Assembly (NCBI GenBank): GCA_040905365.1
Contig: JBBDRQ010000004.1
Location: forward strand, 1 to 62,507
DNA: 62,507 nucleotides
Direction of reading: 5' to 3'
Source: Actinomycetota bacterium
GTDB taxonomy: Bacteria; Actinomycetota; CADDZG01; JAHWKV01
A program made the position numbers and the translations under genes. Of the stretch, positions 50,581-58,004 are shown in pieces. Within the stretch, counting starts at the first letter, position 1; every line of letters begins with the position of its first letter. The notes below the pieces were generated by a model that saw only the letters and a list, made by a program, of their open reading frames with translations, was not told the DNA's origin and searched no databases.

Positions 50581-52602
50581 GTGAGTGGAATCGCCGTCGT
50601 CTACAACCGTGTCGATCCTTCTATCGATCTGGCCTTGCTCGAACGGGTCGTCAAGGACCTTGCCTGGCGAGGTCCTGACCAGGCAGGCACGTGGCACGAT
50701 GACCACGTCGGACTCGGCGCGACGCAACTCTGGACGACCACCGAGGACTGGGGTTCCCGGCAGCCGGTCGTCGGCCACGACGCCAGGAGTGTCCTGGCCT
50801 TCGACGGGCGGTTGGACAACCGGCCGGAACTGCAGGCGGAGCTCGGTCTGGCTGCTGGTGGGAAGGAGACACCCAGCGACGCGGATCTGGCGCTTGCGGC
50901 GTATGGCCGATGGCGCGAGTCATTCCCACAACAACTGATGGGACCATTCTCGGTCGCCGTTTGGGACCGTGCGCAGCACCGGCTGGTCTGCGCCCGCGAT
51001 CCCATCGGCCAAAGACCCTTCTACTACCACATGAGCCGGGGGTGCTTCTACGCGGCCTCGACCATCGAGGCGCTCCGGAGGGTTCCCGGGGTCAGTGCCA
51101 CCTTGAACAACGACTACATCTGGGACTTTCTGTGCACCGGTGGGATGGCCGGCTCGCTCGACCCGGAAGAGACACCGTTCACGGATGTCCGCCGCCTGCC
51201 GCCCGGCCACACGCTGGTGGTCACGCGGAACGGACTGCGACTCGAGCGTTACTGGGAGCCCTGGAGCCTCCCGCCGCTGCGCTACCGTGACGATCGAGAG
51301 TATGCCGAGCACTTCCGCGAACTCTTCACCGAGGTGGTGCGTGCGCACAGCCGGGCCGCCGGACCTGTCTGCGCCACCCTGTCCGGCGGTCTGGACTCCT
51401 CTTCGATCGTATGCGTGATCCGCCAACTGGAGCGGTCAGGCCGGCTCACCGGCGAGCCGCTTCAGACGTTGACGCTGGCTTGGGAGGATGCCGCAGGGTA
51501 CAGAGCGGGCTATGACGAGCGCCAGTACGTCGACGAGGTGGTCGCCCAGTACCCGGGACCAGCGCACTACCTCCGCGAGCAGCGCCTCGACACCTTCGAC
51601 GCCTCTGCCGACACGACCCCTCCCCGCGACGAGCCGTTCAGTCTGGTGGGCCCCCTTTGGTCCGCACTCGCCGACAAGACCCACGCGCTGGGCAGCCGGG
51701 TGCTGGTTGCCGGCAGCGGCGGCGACCACCTGCTGACCGGCAACCGCTTCGCCATCACCGACCTGTTGAGGCGGGGCGCGCTCGGGGAGCTGGCCGAGCA
51801 ACTGCGCGATCTGGCCCACCGGCAGGGCCTGCCGTACCCGGCGCTGGTCGCCGGCTACCTGATCTCTCCCCACCTCCCCCGCCATCTCGGCGCCGCGCTG
51901 CTGGCAGCGCTGACCAAAGACACCGACCGCAGGCGCATCGACTCCTTGTACTACTGGCGGGTCCCCGACTGGGTGCAGGACCGCTCCAGCCACAAGCAGC
52001 GTGGCCGTCAGCGCCACAAGCTGCTGCGTCGCCAGTTCTCTTCCCTGGCTGCGCAGAAGGACTACGAGCAGCTCGGCGTCGGCTCGCAGGACCACCGGCT
52101 CGTGTCCCTGCCGAACGTGGCGCTCGCAAGCGGAGTCGACCTGCGCAACCCGTTCTTCGACACTCGACTCGTCAACTACTGTCTCCGCCTCCCCGCCGAC
52201 CTCAAGTACCGCGACGGGATCACAAAGGTCGCGCTGCGACTGGCGCTGCAGGACATCCTGCCCCCGCAGATCGCCAACCGTCGCGGCAAGACTGCATACA
52301 CGTTCGCTGCAACCGATTACGTCAAGCGCAACTGGGCATCCATCCAGGACACCTACCGGCAGTCGGAGGCGCAGCGGCGGGGCTACGTGAACGCGTCCCT
52401 CCTTCTGGACGAGATCGCACAGCTCCAGCAGGGCGGCAGCGGCGCACTCGACCTGCCCTCGCTACTAGCCGCAATCGGTCTCGAGGACTGGCTGCGACGA
52501 GTCGAGCGCTCACCCGTCCGCGAGACGTGCGGTCAGCACTCCACGGTCATCAACACCGATCGTGACCCTACGAGCATGAAAGGAGGTGACAACCGTGCCT
52601 AA
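50581..52602 (+). CDS. Lasso peptide cyclase (C, asparagine synthetase-like)
   Basis: MSGI (Ntn Cys replaced by Ser), RGPD, RLDNR, ARDPIG.RP, LSGGLDSS, GSGGD; GGAGG RBS; flanked by B2, precursors and RRE. Confidence 0.92.
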   Translation: MSGIAVVYNRVDPSIDLALLERVVKDLAWRGPDQAGTWHDDHVGLGATQLWTTTEDWGSRQPVVGHDARSVLAFDGRLDNRPELQAELGLAAGGKETPSDADLALAAYGRWRESFPQQLMGPFSVAVWDRAQHRLVCARDPIGQRPFYYHMSRGCFYAASTIEALRRVPGVSATLNNDYIWDFLCTGGMAGSLDPEETPFTDVRRLPPGHTLVVTRNGLRLERYWEPWSLPPLRYRDDREYAEHFRELFTEVVRAHSRAAGPVCATLSGGLDSSSIVCVIRQLERSGRLTGEPLQTLTLAWEDAAGYRAGYDERQYVDEVVAQYPGPAHYLREQRLDTFDASADTTPPRDEPFSLVGPLWSALADKTHALGSRVLVAGSGGDHLLTGNRFAITDLLRRGALGELAEQLRDLAHRQGLPYPALVAGYLISPHLPRHLGAALLAALTKDTDRRRIDSLYYWRVPDWVQDRSSHKQRGRQRHKLLRRQFSSLAAQKDYEQLGVGSQDHRLVSLPNVALASGVDLRNPFFDTRLVNYCLRLPADLKYRDGITKVALRLALQDILPPQIANRRGKTAYTFAATDYVKRNWASIQDTYRQSEAQRRGYVNASLLLDEIAQLQQGGSGALDLPSLLAAIGLEDWLRRVERSPVRETCGQHSTVINTDRDPTSMKGGDNRA

Positions 52603-52768
52603 CCCATCACTGTCCTCATCCGGCACCGCCCGGAAGCCATACCACGGCGTGACTCTCGTGCGATTCGGCAATGCGGCCCGTATCACGCTCGGCTGCGATT
52701 GCGGCGAGGACATCGATTGCGACTGTAATTTCCGCAACGACGACGACGGATCGGATGGCCTCGGCTAA
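52595..52768 (+). CDS. Lasso peptide precursor A1 (57 aa; core GCDCGEDIDCDCNFRNDDDGSDGLG)
   Basis: AGGAGG RBS, GTG 52595; leader Y-17, L-12, G-8, T-2; core Gly1, Asp9. Confidence 0.88.
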   Translation: MPNPSLSSSGTARKPYHGVTLVRFGNAARITLGCDCGEDIDCDCNFRNDDDGSDGLG

Positions 52769-52802
52769 CCGCTTGTCAGGCTAGCAGTTTCTTCCGATCG
52801 AG

Positions 52803-52858
52803 TAGCCCACGGCAGGGTCACGGGAGCGCTTGTGAATACATTCATCAGTGCTCCCGTG
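52803..52858 (+). promoter_or_regulatory. Conserved box plus hairpin after precursor A1
   Basis: tagcccacggcagggt, then stem cacgggagcgct / agtgctcccgtg. Confidence 0.7.
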
Positions 52859-52901
52859 CACCCAGCCATTGACCCTATATACACGAAAGGCGGTGAAACG
52901 G

Positions 52902-53078
52902 ATGAATGATTCCACAGATGCCTTGGTCGACGCTGCCAAGCGTCCGTATCACGGCACGACGCTGGCGAGGTTCGGCGACGCTGTACAGGTCACGCTGGGT
53001 TGCACTACCGGCGACACCCTGGACGCTGACCCCCAGGGGGTCCAGTGGCACGACGACAACGGGGACGGCTTGTACTGA
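52902..53078 (+). CDS. Lasso peptide precursor A2 (58 aa; core GCTTGDTLDADPQGVQWHDDNGDGLY)
   Basis: GAAAGG RBS; leader PYHGTTLARFGDAVQVTL paralogous to A1; core Gly1, Asp9. Confidence 0.88.
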   Translation: MNDSTDALVDAAKRPYHGTTLARFGDAVQVTLGCTTGDTLDADPQGVQWHDDNGDGLY

Positions 53079-53112
53079 CCGCTATGCAGGTTGGCAATCG
53101 TCCGTTGGCCCC

Positions 53113-53167
53113 TAGCCCACGGCAGGGTAGCGGGAGCCCTTTTTAGTGTATTGCATAGCGCTCCCGC
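53113..53167 (+). promoter_or_regulatory. Conserved box plus hairpin after precursor A2
   Basis: Same 16-mer tagcccacggcagggt, then stem gcgggagc / gctcccgc. Confidence 0.7.
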
Positions 53168-53198
53168 GGCCCGGTGCGGCCCGGTCGGAAGGAATTGC

Positions 53199-53468
53199 AT
53201 GTCATCAACGATGTACAACACAAGCGAACAGGTATTCATAACCGAATTCGACGGTGAAGCAGTGCTCTTCCACCTCGTCTCTGGTGCGTACTACGGCTTG
53301 GACGAGGTGGGCACCGACGTGTGGCGCATGCTGGATGAGCGCAAGCCGGTCGAGGAGATCGTGCGCGCTCTGCTCGGGCGCTACGACGTCAACGAGTCCC
53401 GGTTGCGTTCGGATGTGCACCGGCTGCTTGCTGACCTCCACCAGGAAAACCTGGTCGAGACGACCTGA
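53199..53468 (+). CDS. RiPP recognition element (PqqD family, lasso B1)
   Basis: 89 aa; DGEAVLF...G.YYGLDEVG..VW.ML...YDV...L..DV..LL..L...LV. Confidence 0.92.
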   Translation: MSSTMYNTSEQVFITEFDGEAVLFHLVSGAYYGLDEVGTDVWRMLDERKPVEEIVRALLGRYDVNESRLRSDVHRLLADLHQENLVETT

Positions 53469-53476
53469 GCGATCAG

Positions 53477-54475
53477 ATGCCCAGCTCGCAAGCGACGCTC
53501 CGGCGCACCGTCGCGCAGCTCGAGGGTCGCCGGTTGACCTACGCCGTGGCGACGGTCGTGGCAATAGGTGAAGCGGCCGCGATGCTGACCTTCCCCTTGG
53601 TGCAACAGTCGTTCTACGATCGGGTCCTCATCGGCGGCGAGACCGAGATCCTGGCGCCTGTATTGCTGGCGATGCTCGCCCTCGTGGTGACGATGCTTGC
53701 AGCGAAGGCGGTCTCTGGGTACCTGTACGCGTCGGTCGGCGAGGCTGTCAAGGTCGACGTCCGGTCACAGCTGACGCAGGCAGAGCTCTCACGGTCGTTG
53801 ACCGCCGGGGACCGGGAGGCGACCGGGGAGCTGGTGTCGGTGGCCACCAACGACGTCGCCAAGATGGGCGAGCTGTATCGCCGAGTCTTTGGACCCGGAG
53901 TAGTCCAGGTGCTGAGGCTCGTCGGCACACTCGCAGTGCTCGCCGTCATCGACCCGCGGCTGCTGGTCGTCGCGCTCCCTCTGCTGGCGCTCTATGCGGC
54001 CGTGCCGATCGGGGTGACGCCAGGACTGCGACGGACAGGGGAGATGGTCCAGCAACGAACGGGCCAGCTCATCACGACCCTGCAGGAGGGGTTCTCGGGC
54101 ACTCGGGACATCAAAGCGTTCGGGCGGGTGGGCTGGGGGGTGGCACGCCAACGTACGTCCGGCGACGCGCTGCGGGAGGCGCAGCTTCGCCTGACCCGCT
54201 TGGAGCTGCTTTCTTCGGGGAGCTTCATCGCCTACTGGCTGAGCGTGGTAGGCATCAGCTGGTACGGAGCCCTGGCGGTCTCGGAGAACCGGCTGACCGT
54301 AGGGGGACTCCTCGCGCTCCTGTTGTACTTCGGTCAACTGCAACAACCGGTGAGTTTCCTCGTGAAGCTGAACAACCGCTTGCAGGTCGGCCTCGCCGCT
54401 TCTGCGCGGGTGTTCGCACACCTCGACCAGCCGCCCGCCGCACACACAGCAGCCGGTGGCCGCCCCCCCCGGTAA
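53477..54475 (+). CDS. ABC exporter transmembrane domain (lasso D, N-terminal half)
   Basis: Six-TM ABC_membrane pattern, TGELVS...ND, EGFSG.RDIKAFG, LTVGGL; ends at TAA in a G/C tract. Confidence 0.85.
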   Translation: MPSSQATLRRTVAQLEGRRLTYAVATVVAIGEAAAMLTFPLVQQSFYDRVLIGGETEILAPVLLAMLALVVTMLAAKAVSGYLYASVGEAVKVDVRSQLTQAELSRSLTAGDREATGELVSVATNDVAKMGELYRRVFGPGVVQVLRLVGTLAVLAVIDPRLLVVALPLLALYAAVPIGVTPGLRRTGEMVQQRTGQLITTLQEGFSGTRDIKAFGRVGWGVARQRTSGDALREAQLRLTRLELLSSGSFIAYWLSVVGISWYGALAVSENRLTVGGLLALLLYFGQLQQPVSFLVKLNNRLQVGLAASARVFAHLDQPPAAHTAAGGRPPR

Positions 54476-54511
54476 CGCGGGGGGCCCCCGCCCCGCCCCC
54501 CGTCAGCAGCC

Positions 54512-55351
54512 GTGGCAGTGCAAGACCTGTCCTTTTGCTACCCTGGCAACAGCGCCTGCCTGCAGAACGTGTGCTTGCGCGCGAGCGCCGGGGAGTTCGT
54601 CGCGATCGTCGGCGAGACAGGCTCGGGCAAGACCACGCTGCTCAACGCTATCCTCGGCTTCGTCGACACCGACCAGGGACATGTGCTGATCGACGGCCAC
54701 GAGCTGGCCGACCTGAGCGACGACGACCTACGCCGGCAGGTCTCGGTGAGCTCGTCAGACGCGGTCCTGTTCGACATGACCATCGCCGATAACATCCGCT
54801 TCGGCAACCTCGACGCCTCCGACGACGAGGTCCGGTCCGCCGCCCATGCCAGCGCCGCCGACGAGTTCATCGAATCCCTACCGGAGGGCTACCAGACCAA
54901 AATCGGCGAACGCGGTGGACGCCTGTCCACCGGCCAACGCCAGCGCATCGCCTTGGCCCGCGCGCTCATCCGCCAGCTCTCGATCCTTCTACTAGACGAA
55001 GCCACCGCCGGCCTGGACGGACCCACGGAGCGGTTGGTCATGGACCGCCTCCTAAGCCGGCCGGACCGCCCGACTATCGTGATGGTCACCCATCGCCTGT
55101 ACACACTCAAGCAGGCCGATCGGATCTACGTCCTGGAGGACGGCCGCATCACCGAGCAGGGAAACCACCACACATTGCTCCAACAGGGTGGCCTGTACCA
55201 TCGGCTCTGCCGGAACCAAGGATTCGCCTCGGACCCGCCCCCAGCTCCTGGCCAATCGCGGCGAGCCCCGTTGAGCCTGCCTGGGCAGGAGCGACAACAG
55301 CGTCTCCACCCCGGAGACGAGGGTATCGGTGGCGTCCCGTCCTCGGTATAA
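54512..55351 (+). CDS. ABC exporter ATPase domain (lasso D, C-terminal half)
   Basis: GETGSGKTT, LSTGQRQR, LLDEATAGLD, VTHRL; same frame as the TMD. Confidence 0.88.
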   Translation: MAVQDLSFCYPGNSACLQNVCLRASAGEFVAIVGETGSGKTTLLNAILGFVDTDQGHVLIDGHELADLSDDDLRRQVSVSSSDAVLFDMTIADNIRFGNLDASDDEVRSAAHASAADEFIESLPEGYQTKIGERGGRLSTGQRQRIALARALIRQLSILLLDEATAGLDGPTERLVMDRLLSRPDRPTIVMVTHRLYTLKQADRIYVLEDGRITEQGNHHTLLQQGGLYHRLCRNQGFASDPPPAPGQSRRAPLSLPGQERQQRLHPGDEGIGGVPSSV

Positions 55352-55384
55352 AAGCGTCACGGGCGCAGGTCTGTGTAATATTGC

Positions 55385-55523
55385 GTGACGCCGCAGACTC
55401 TGTTGCGCTGGCACCGTGAGCTGATCGCACGCAAATAGACGTTTCGTAAAGCCGCCAGGCCGGGTCGGCGGTCTCTCGCTCCTTTCGTTGTTTCAGCTGT
55501 TGTTCGTCTCGCCCAGGACCCGA
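55385..55523 (+). pseudogene. Transposase (rve integrase-core type) N-terminal remnant
   Basis: VTPQTLLRWHRELIARK*TF...PGR...VVRLAQDP with an internal stop. Confidence 0.65.
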
Positions 55524-55743
55524 AGCTCCAGATCGACCGAATCCGGGATCACGCCTCGGAGCACAGCTTCAACCCGGCTTCTCAGGTCCGACGAAACAAC
55601 CCCTCATACCTCACACAATGTTTATATCTAACATTTACGTGAGGTATAGCTTACTCATGAGGTATCACCTTTTTGCTCCCTTTCGAGCACCGCGTCGACC
55701 AAGAACTGGGTGAAACTGGCCCGAAATATGCCTAATTTCATCG

Positions 55744-55815
55744 TGGGCGCTACTGGGATCGAACCAGTGACCCCTGCCTTGTAAGGGCAGTGCTCTCCCG
55801 CTGAGCTAAGCGCCC
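55744..55815 (-). tRNA. tRNA-Val (anticodon TAC), CCA not encoded
   Basis: gggcgct acceptor stem, tagctcagcgggagagc D arm, ctgcc-cTTACaa-ggcag anticodon arm, ggttcgatcc T arm. Confidence 0.96.
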
Positions 55816-55868
55816 GGAACTAACGCATTGTCGCAGGCCGCCGGCCGGGCGTCCACGCCCCGCGCGAG

Positions 55869-56219
55869 CTACCTGTCTTTCAGTACCGGCGGCGGCGTAA
55901 GGGTCACACCACCGTCGAGGTTGTTCTCGGCTCCGGCCAAGAAGTCCCTCACGGCTTCCAGGTCTACCGTTTCGTGCGTCTGGGGGTACCCCTCGATCCG
56001 GCGCCTCGCCTTGCGAAACTGCAAACCGGCTCCCTTGAGATTACCCTTTTCGTGGTGCAGAAGCCCTACGGCTACGTGAATCAGGGCCTGCAGGAGGTCG
56101 CGCTCGGACTCGGGCGCGTCGATCCAGTGCTCTTCCAGGGTTTCGTGCGCCATGAAGTAGTCGCCCTCGGCCAATAGACGCGCACCCTCAACCAGGTAGG
56201 GAGAAACCTCTGGGTTCAT
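55869..56219 (-). CDS. DUF309 domain protein
   Basis: YFMAHETLEEHW, LQALIHVAVGLLH...GN..GA. Confidence 0.9.
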   Translation of the reverse strand: MNPEVSPYLVEGARLLAEGDYFMAHETLEEHWIDAPESERDLLQALIHVAVGLLHHEKGNLKGAGLQFRKARRRIEGYPQTHETVDLEAVRDFLAGAENNLDGGVTLTPPPVLKDR

Positions 56220-56233
56220 GCCCTGGAGCCTAA

Positions 56234-56716
56234 TTAATCCTCGGCCTTGGGCCTAACGGGAGAGGGTCTTTCCGGCGGAAAGAAATCGGAGCCGGACTGG
56301 CCTTCACCGGCGTCCCTCTCGTAGCAGTTACGACCGGCATCATGTTCGATCTCCGAGAAACCCCGATACCCCTCGGCGTCGTCGATGGAGGCGTTGAAAA
56401 CTGCGCAGACCTCGTACTGGGAGTCGGACAGTTTCGTGTATTCGAAAAATTCTCCGGTCTCCGGGTCCCGGCGGGGGTCGAAGGAGCGACTGTACCGATT
56501 GATCGAATCCAGCTCCTCGAGTGAATCGGGCAGGCTGCCCTCGTTGATCCGGTGCTGCGACAACTCGAAGTGCAACTCTGTGAGGTCCTGACGCCTTTGG
56601 TCGTCGGCTCGAAGCTCCCGAGCGGTGTTAGGGGAGCCGACTGCGAACAAACCCGCAATAACTGCGGCAGCAACCAGGACCGTTGCCACAATGCCTACCA
56701 GCTTCGAGTTTTTCAT
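56234..56716 (-). CDS. Membrane-anchored exported protein associated with DUF5671
   Basis: TM, then GSP..AR..R.D..R..DL, LP.SL, DPETG..FEY, YEVCA.F. Confidence 0.7.
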   Translation of the reverse strand: MKNSKLVGIVATVLVAAAVIAGLFAVGSPNTARELRADDQRRQDLTELHFELSQHRINEGSLPDSLEELDSINRYSRSFDPRRDPETGEFFEYTKLSDSQYEVCAVFNASIDDAEGYRGFSEIEHDAGRNCYERDAGEGQSGSDFFPPERPSPVRPKAED

Positions 56717-57309
56717 GTCTGAGGCTCCGGTTGTTTGGATGCAGCAACGCTCGCCTCTTCATCTGCGGGGAAGGAGTCGCTGCGGTAATAAAGAAATACC
56801 AGCGCCGCCATCAGCATCACTCCGGCCGCCCGGACGGCAAAACGGGAGGTCAGATCGCCGCTGAGGTAGCTGTTGATAACGATCATTAGGTCTACCAGCA
56901 CTGTCACCATTACGACGAACAAGTTGAGATAAGCAAACACCTGGCGAAGGCCCGCGGTTTCTGGAGACCGCCTTTTCCTGGTGTAGATGCTCATGTAGAC
57001 GAAGACCGGAAAGGCCACCACCGCCATGGAGATCCCCGCCCGCATAGGACCCTCCCGCACCCCCTGAGCACCCGCGTCCGGAAACTCCGGGAACCAGTAA
57101 TCGGCCAAACCCCATATGAGCACCAGTACGCCCACTACCGTCAAGTAGAGGGTGGCCGTGATGAGCAGGTGGGTCAGCACGTCCCGAGCCACCACCGTCC
57201 CAGACCCCGAGCCCTTCTTCTTCTTGTTCACCAGCAGGACCACACCGGCGACTATGCCGGCGATGATAAGCACCTGTATCAGCAGTGCGATAAGACCGAG
57301 CGCCGCCAC
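56713..57309 (-). CDS. DUF5671-like membrane protein
   Basis: ADYWFP, RAGISMAVVAFPVF, YLNLFV, GDLTSRF; paralog of the next gene. Confidence 0.7.
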   Translation of the reverse strand: MAALGLIALLIQVLIIAGIVAGVVLLVNKKKKGSGSGTVVARDVLTHLLITATLYLTVVGVLVLIWGLADYWFPEFPDAGAQGVREGPMRAGISMAVVAFPVFVYMSIYTRKRRSPETAGLRQVFAYLNLFVVMVTVLVDLMIVINSYLSGDLTSRFAVRAAGVMLMAALVFLYYRSDSFPADEEASVAASKQPEPQT

Positions 57310-57311
57310 AG

Positions 57312-57899
57312 CTACTTACCCTCAACCGGGCCGGACCTGGTCGAGCTGTCCGGCGAGGTCCGGTCATCCGTTTTCTCGGACTTTTCCCGATCACCCTCCG
57401 GCGGCTGCTTTTCGTCGTTTTGATCCTTGCCGGCAGCCTCCTGTTTCGGCTCGCGCAGCTCGCCCAGGTAGTAAAGGAAGACAAAGCCGGCAATCAGCAG
57501 TATCCCCACCGCCTTGGTCGCAAACCTGGCGGTAAGCTCGCCGCCCAGAAACTGGTAGATTATCGAGATCAAATCGATAATGGCAGTTAACGCGATGACG
57601 AACAGCGTCACGTAAGTAAGGATCCGCTTGACCCCCGAGCGCTCCGGCAGCTCGCCGGAGGCAATCTTGCGGCGCACATTGACGGTCAACAGCAGAAAGG
57701 CGGGGTAGGCGACCACTACCATTGCTATACCGGTCCTAATGGCCTCGCTCGGGTAGTTGTAGCTGAACCGCTCGAGCGGATCCTGGAACCAATGGTCGGC
57801 CAGGCCCCAGGTCAAGATAGCCATCCCGATAGCGCTGAGGTAAAGCGTGAGGAAGCTGGCTACGTAAACGAACACGCTTCTTGGGCCGCTGTAAGACAC
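57312..57899 (-). CDS. DUF5671-like membrane protein
   Basis: ADHWF, IRTGIAMVVVAYP, YVTLFV, FLGGELTARF. Confidence 0.72.
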   Translation of the reverse strand: MSYSGPRSVFVYVASFLTLYLSAIGMAILTWGLADHWFQDPLERFSYNYPSEAIRTGIAMVVVAYPAFLLLTVNVRRKIASGELPERSGVKRILTYVTLFVIALTAIIDLISIIYQFLGGELTARFATKAVGILLIAGFVFLYYLGELREPKQEAAGKDQNDEKQPPEGDREKSEKTDDRTSPDSSTRSGPVEGK

Positions 57900-58004
57900 T
57901 GCCGCTCCTTTCGGGACCCAGTTATTTTACCTCAGTTAACTACCACAAAGGGCGCGATTTCTCGCGCCCTTTGTGGAGTTTGGCGTAATTTACCGCTGAG
58001 TCGA

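Noticed and set aside
50581-52602. Housekeeping asparagine synthetase AsnB
   Set aside because: The N-terminal catalytic Cys is Ser, and the gene lies among a B2 peptidase, an RRE and leader-bearing peptides
52595-53078. Precursors as ranthipeptide, sactipeptide or graspetide substrates
   Set aside because: No radical SAM or ATP-grasp enzyme nearby; leader spacing matches lasso peptides
52803-53167. CRISPR array
   Set aside because: Only two copies, 310 bp apart with a gene between them; no cas genes
55744-55770. att direct repeat of the tRNA-Val 3' end at the island's left border
   Set aside because: No second copy found by eye in the window
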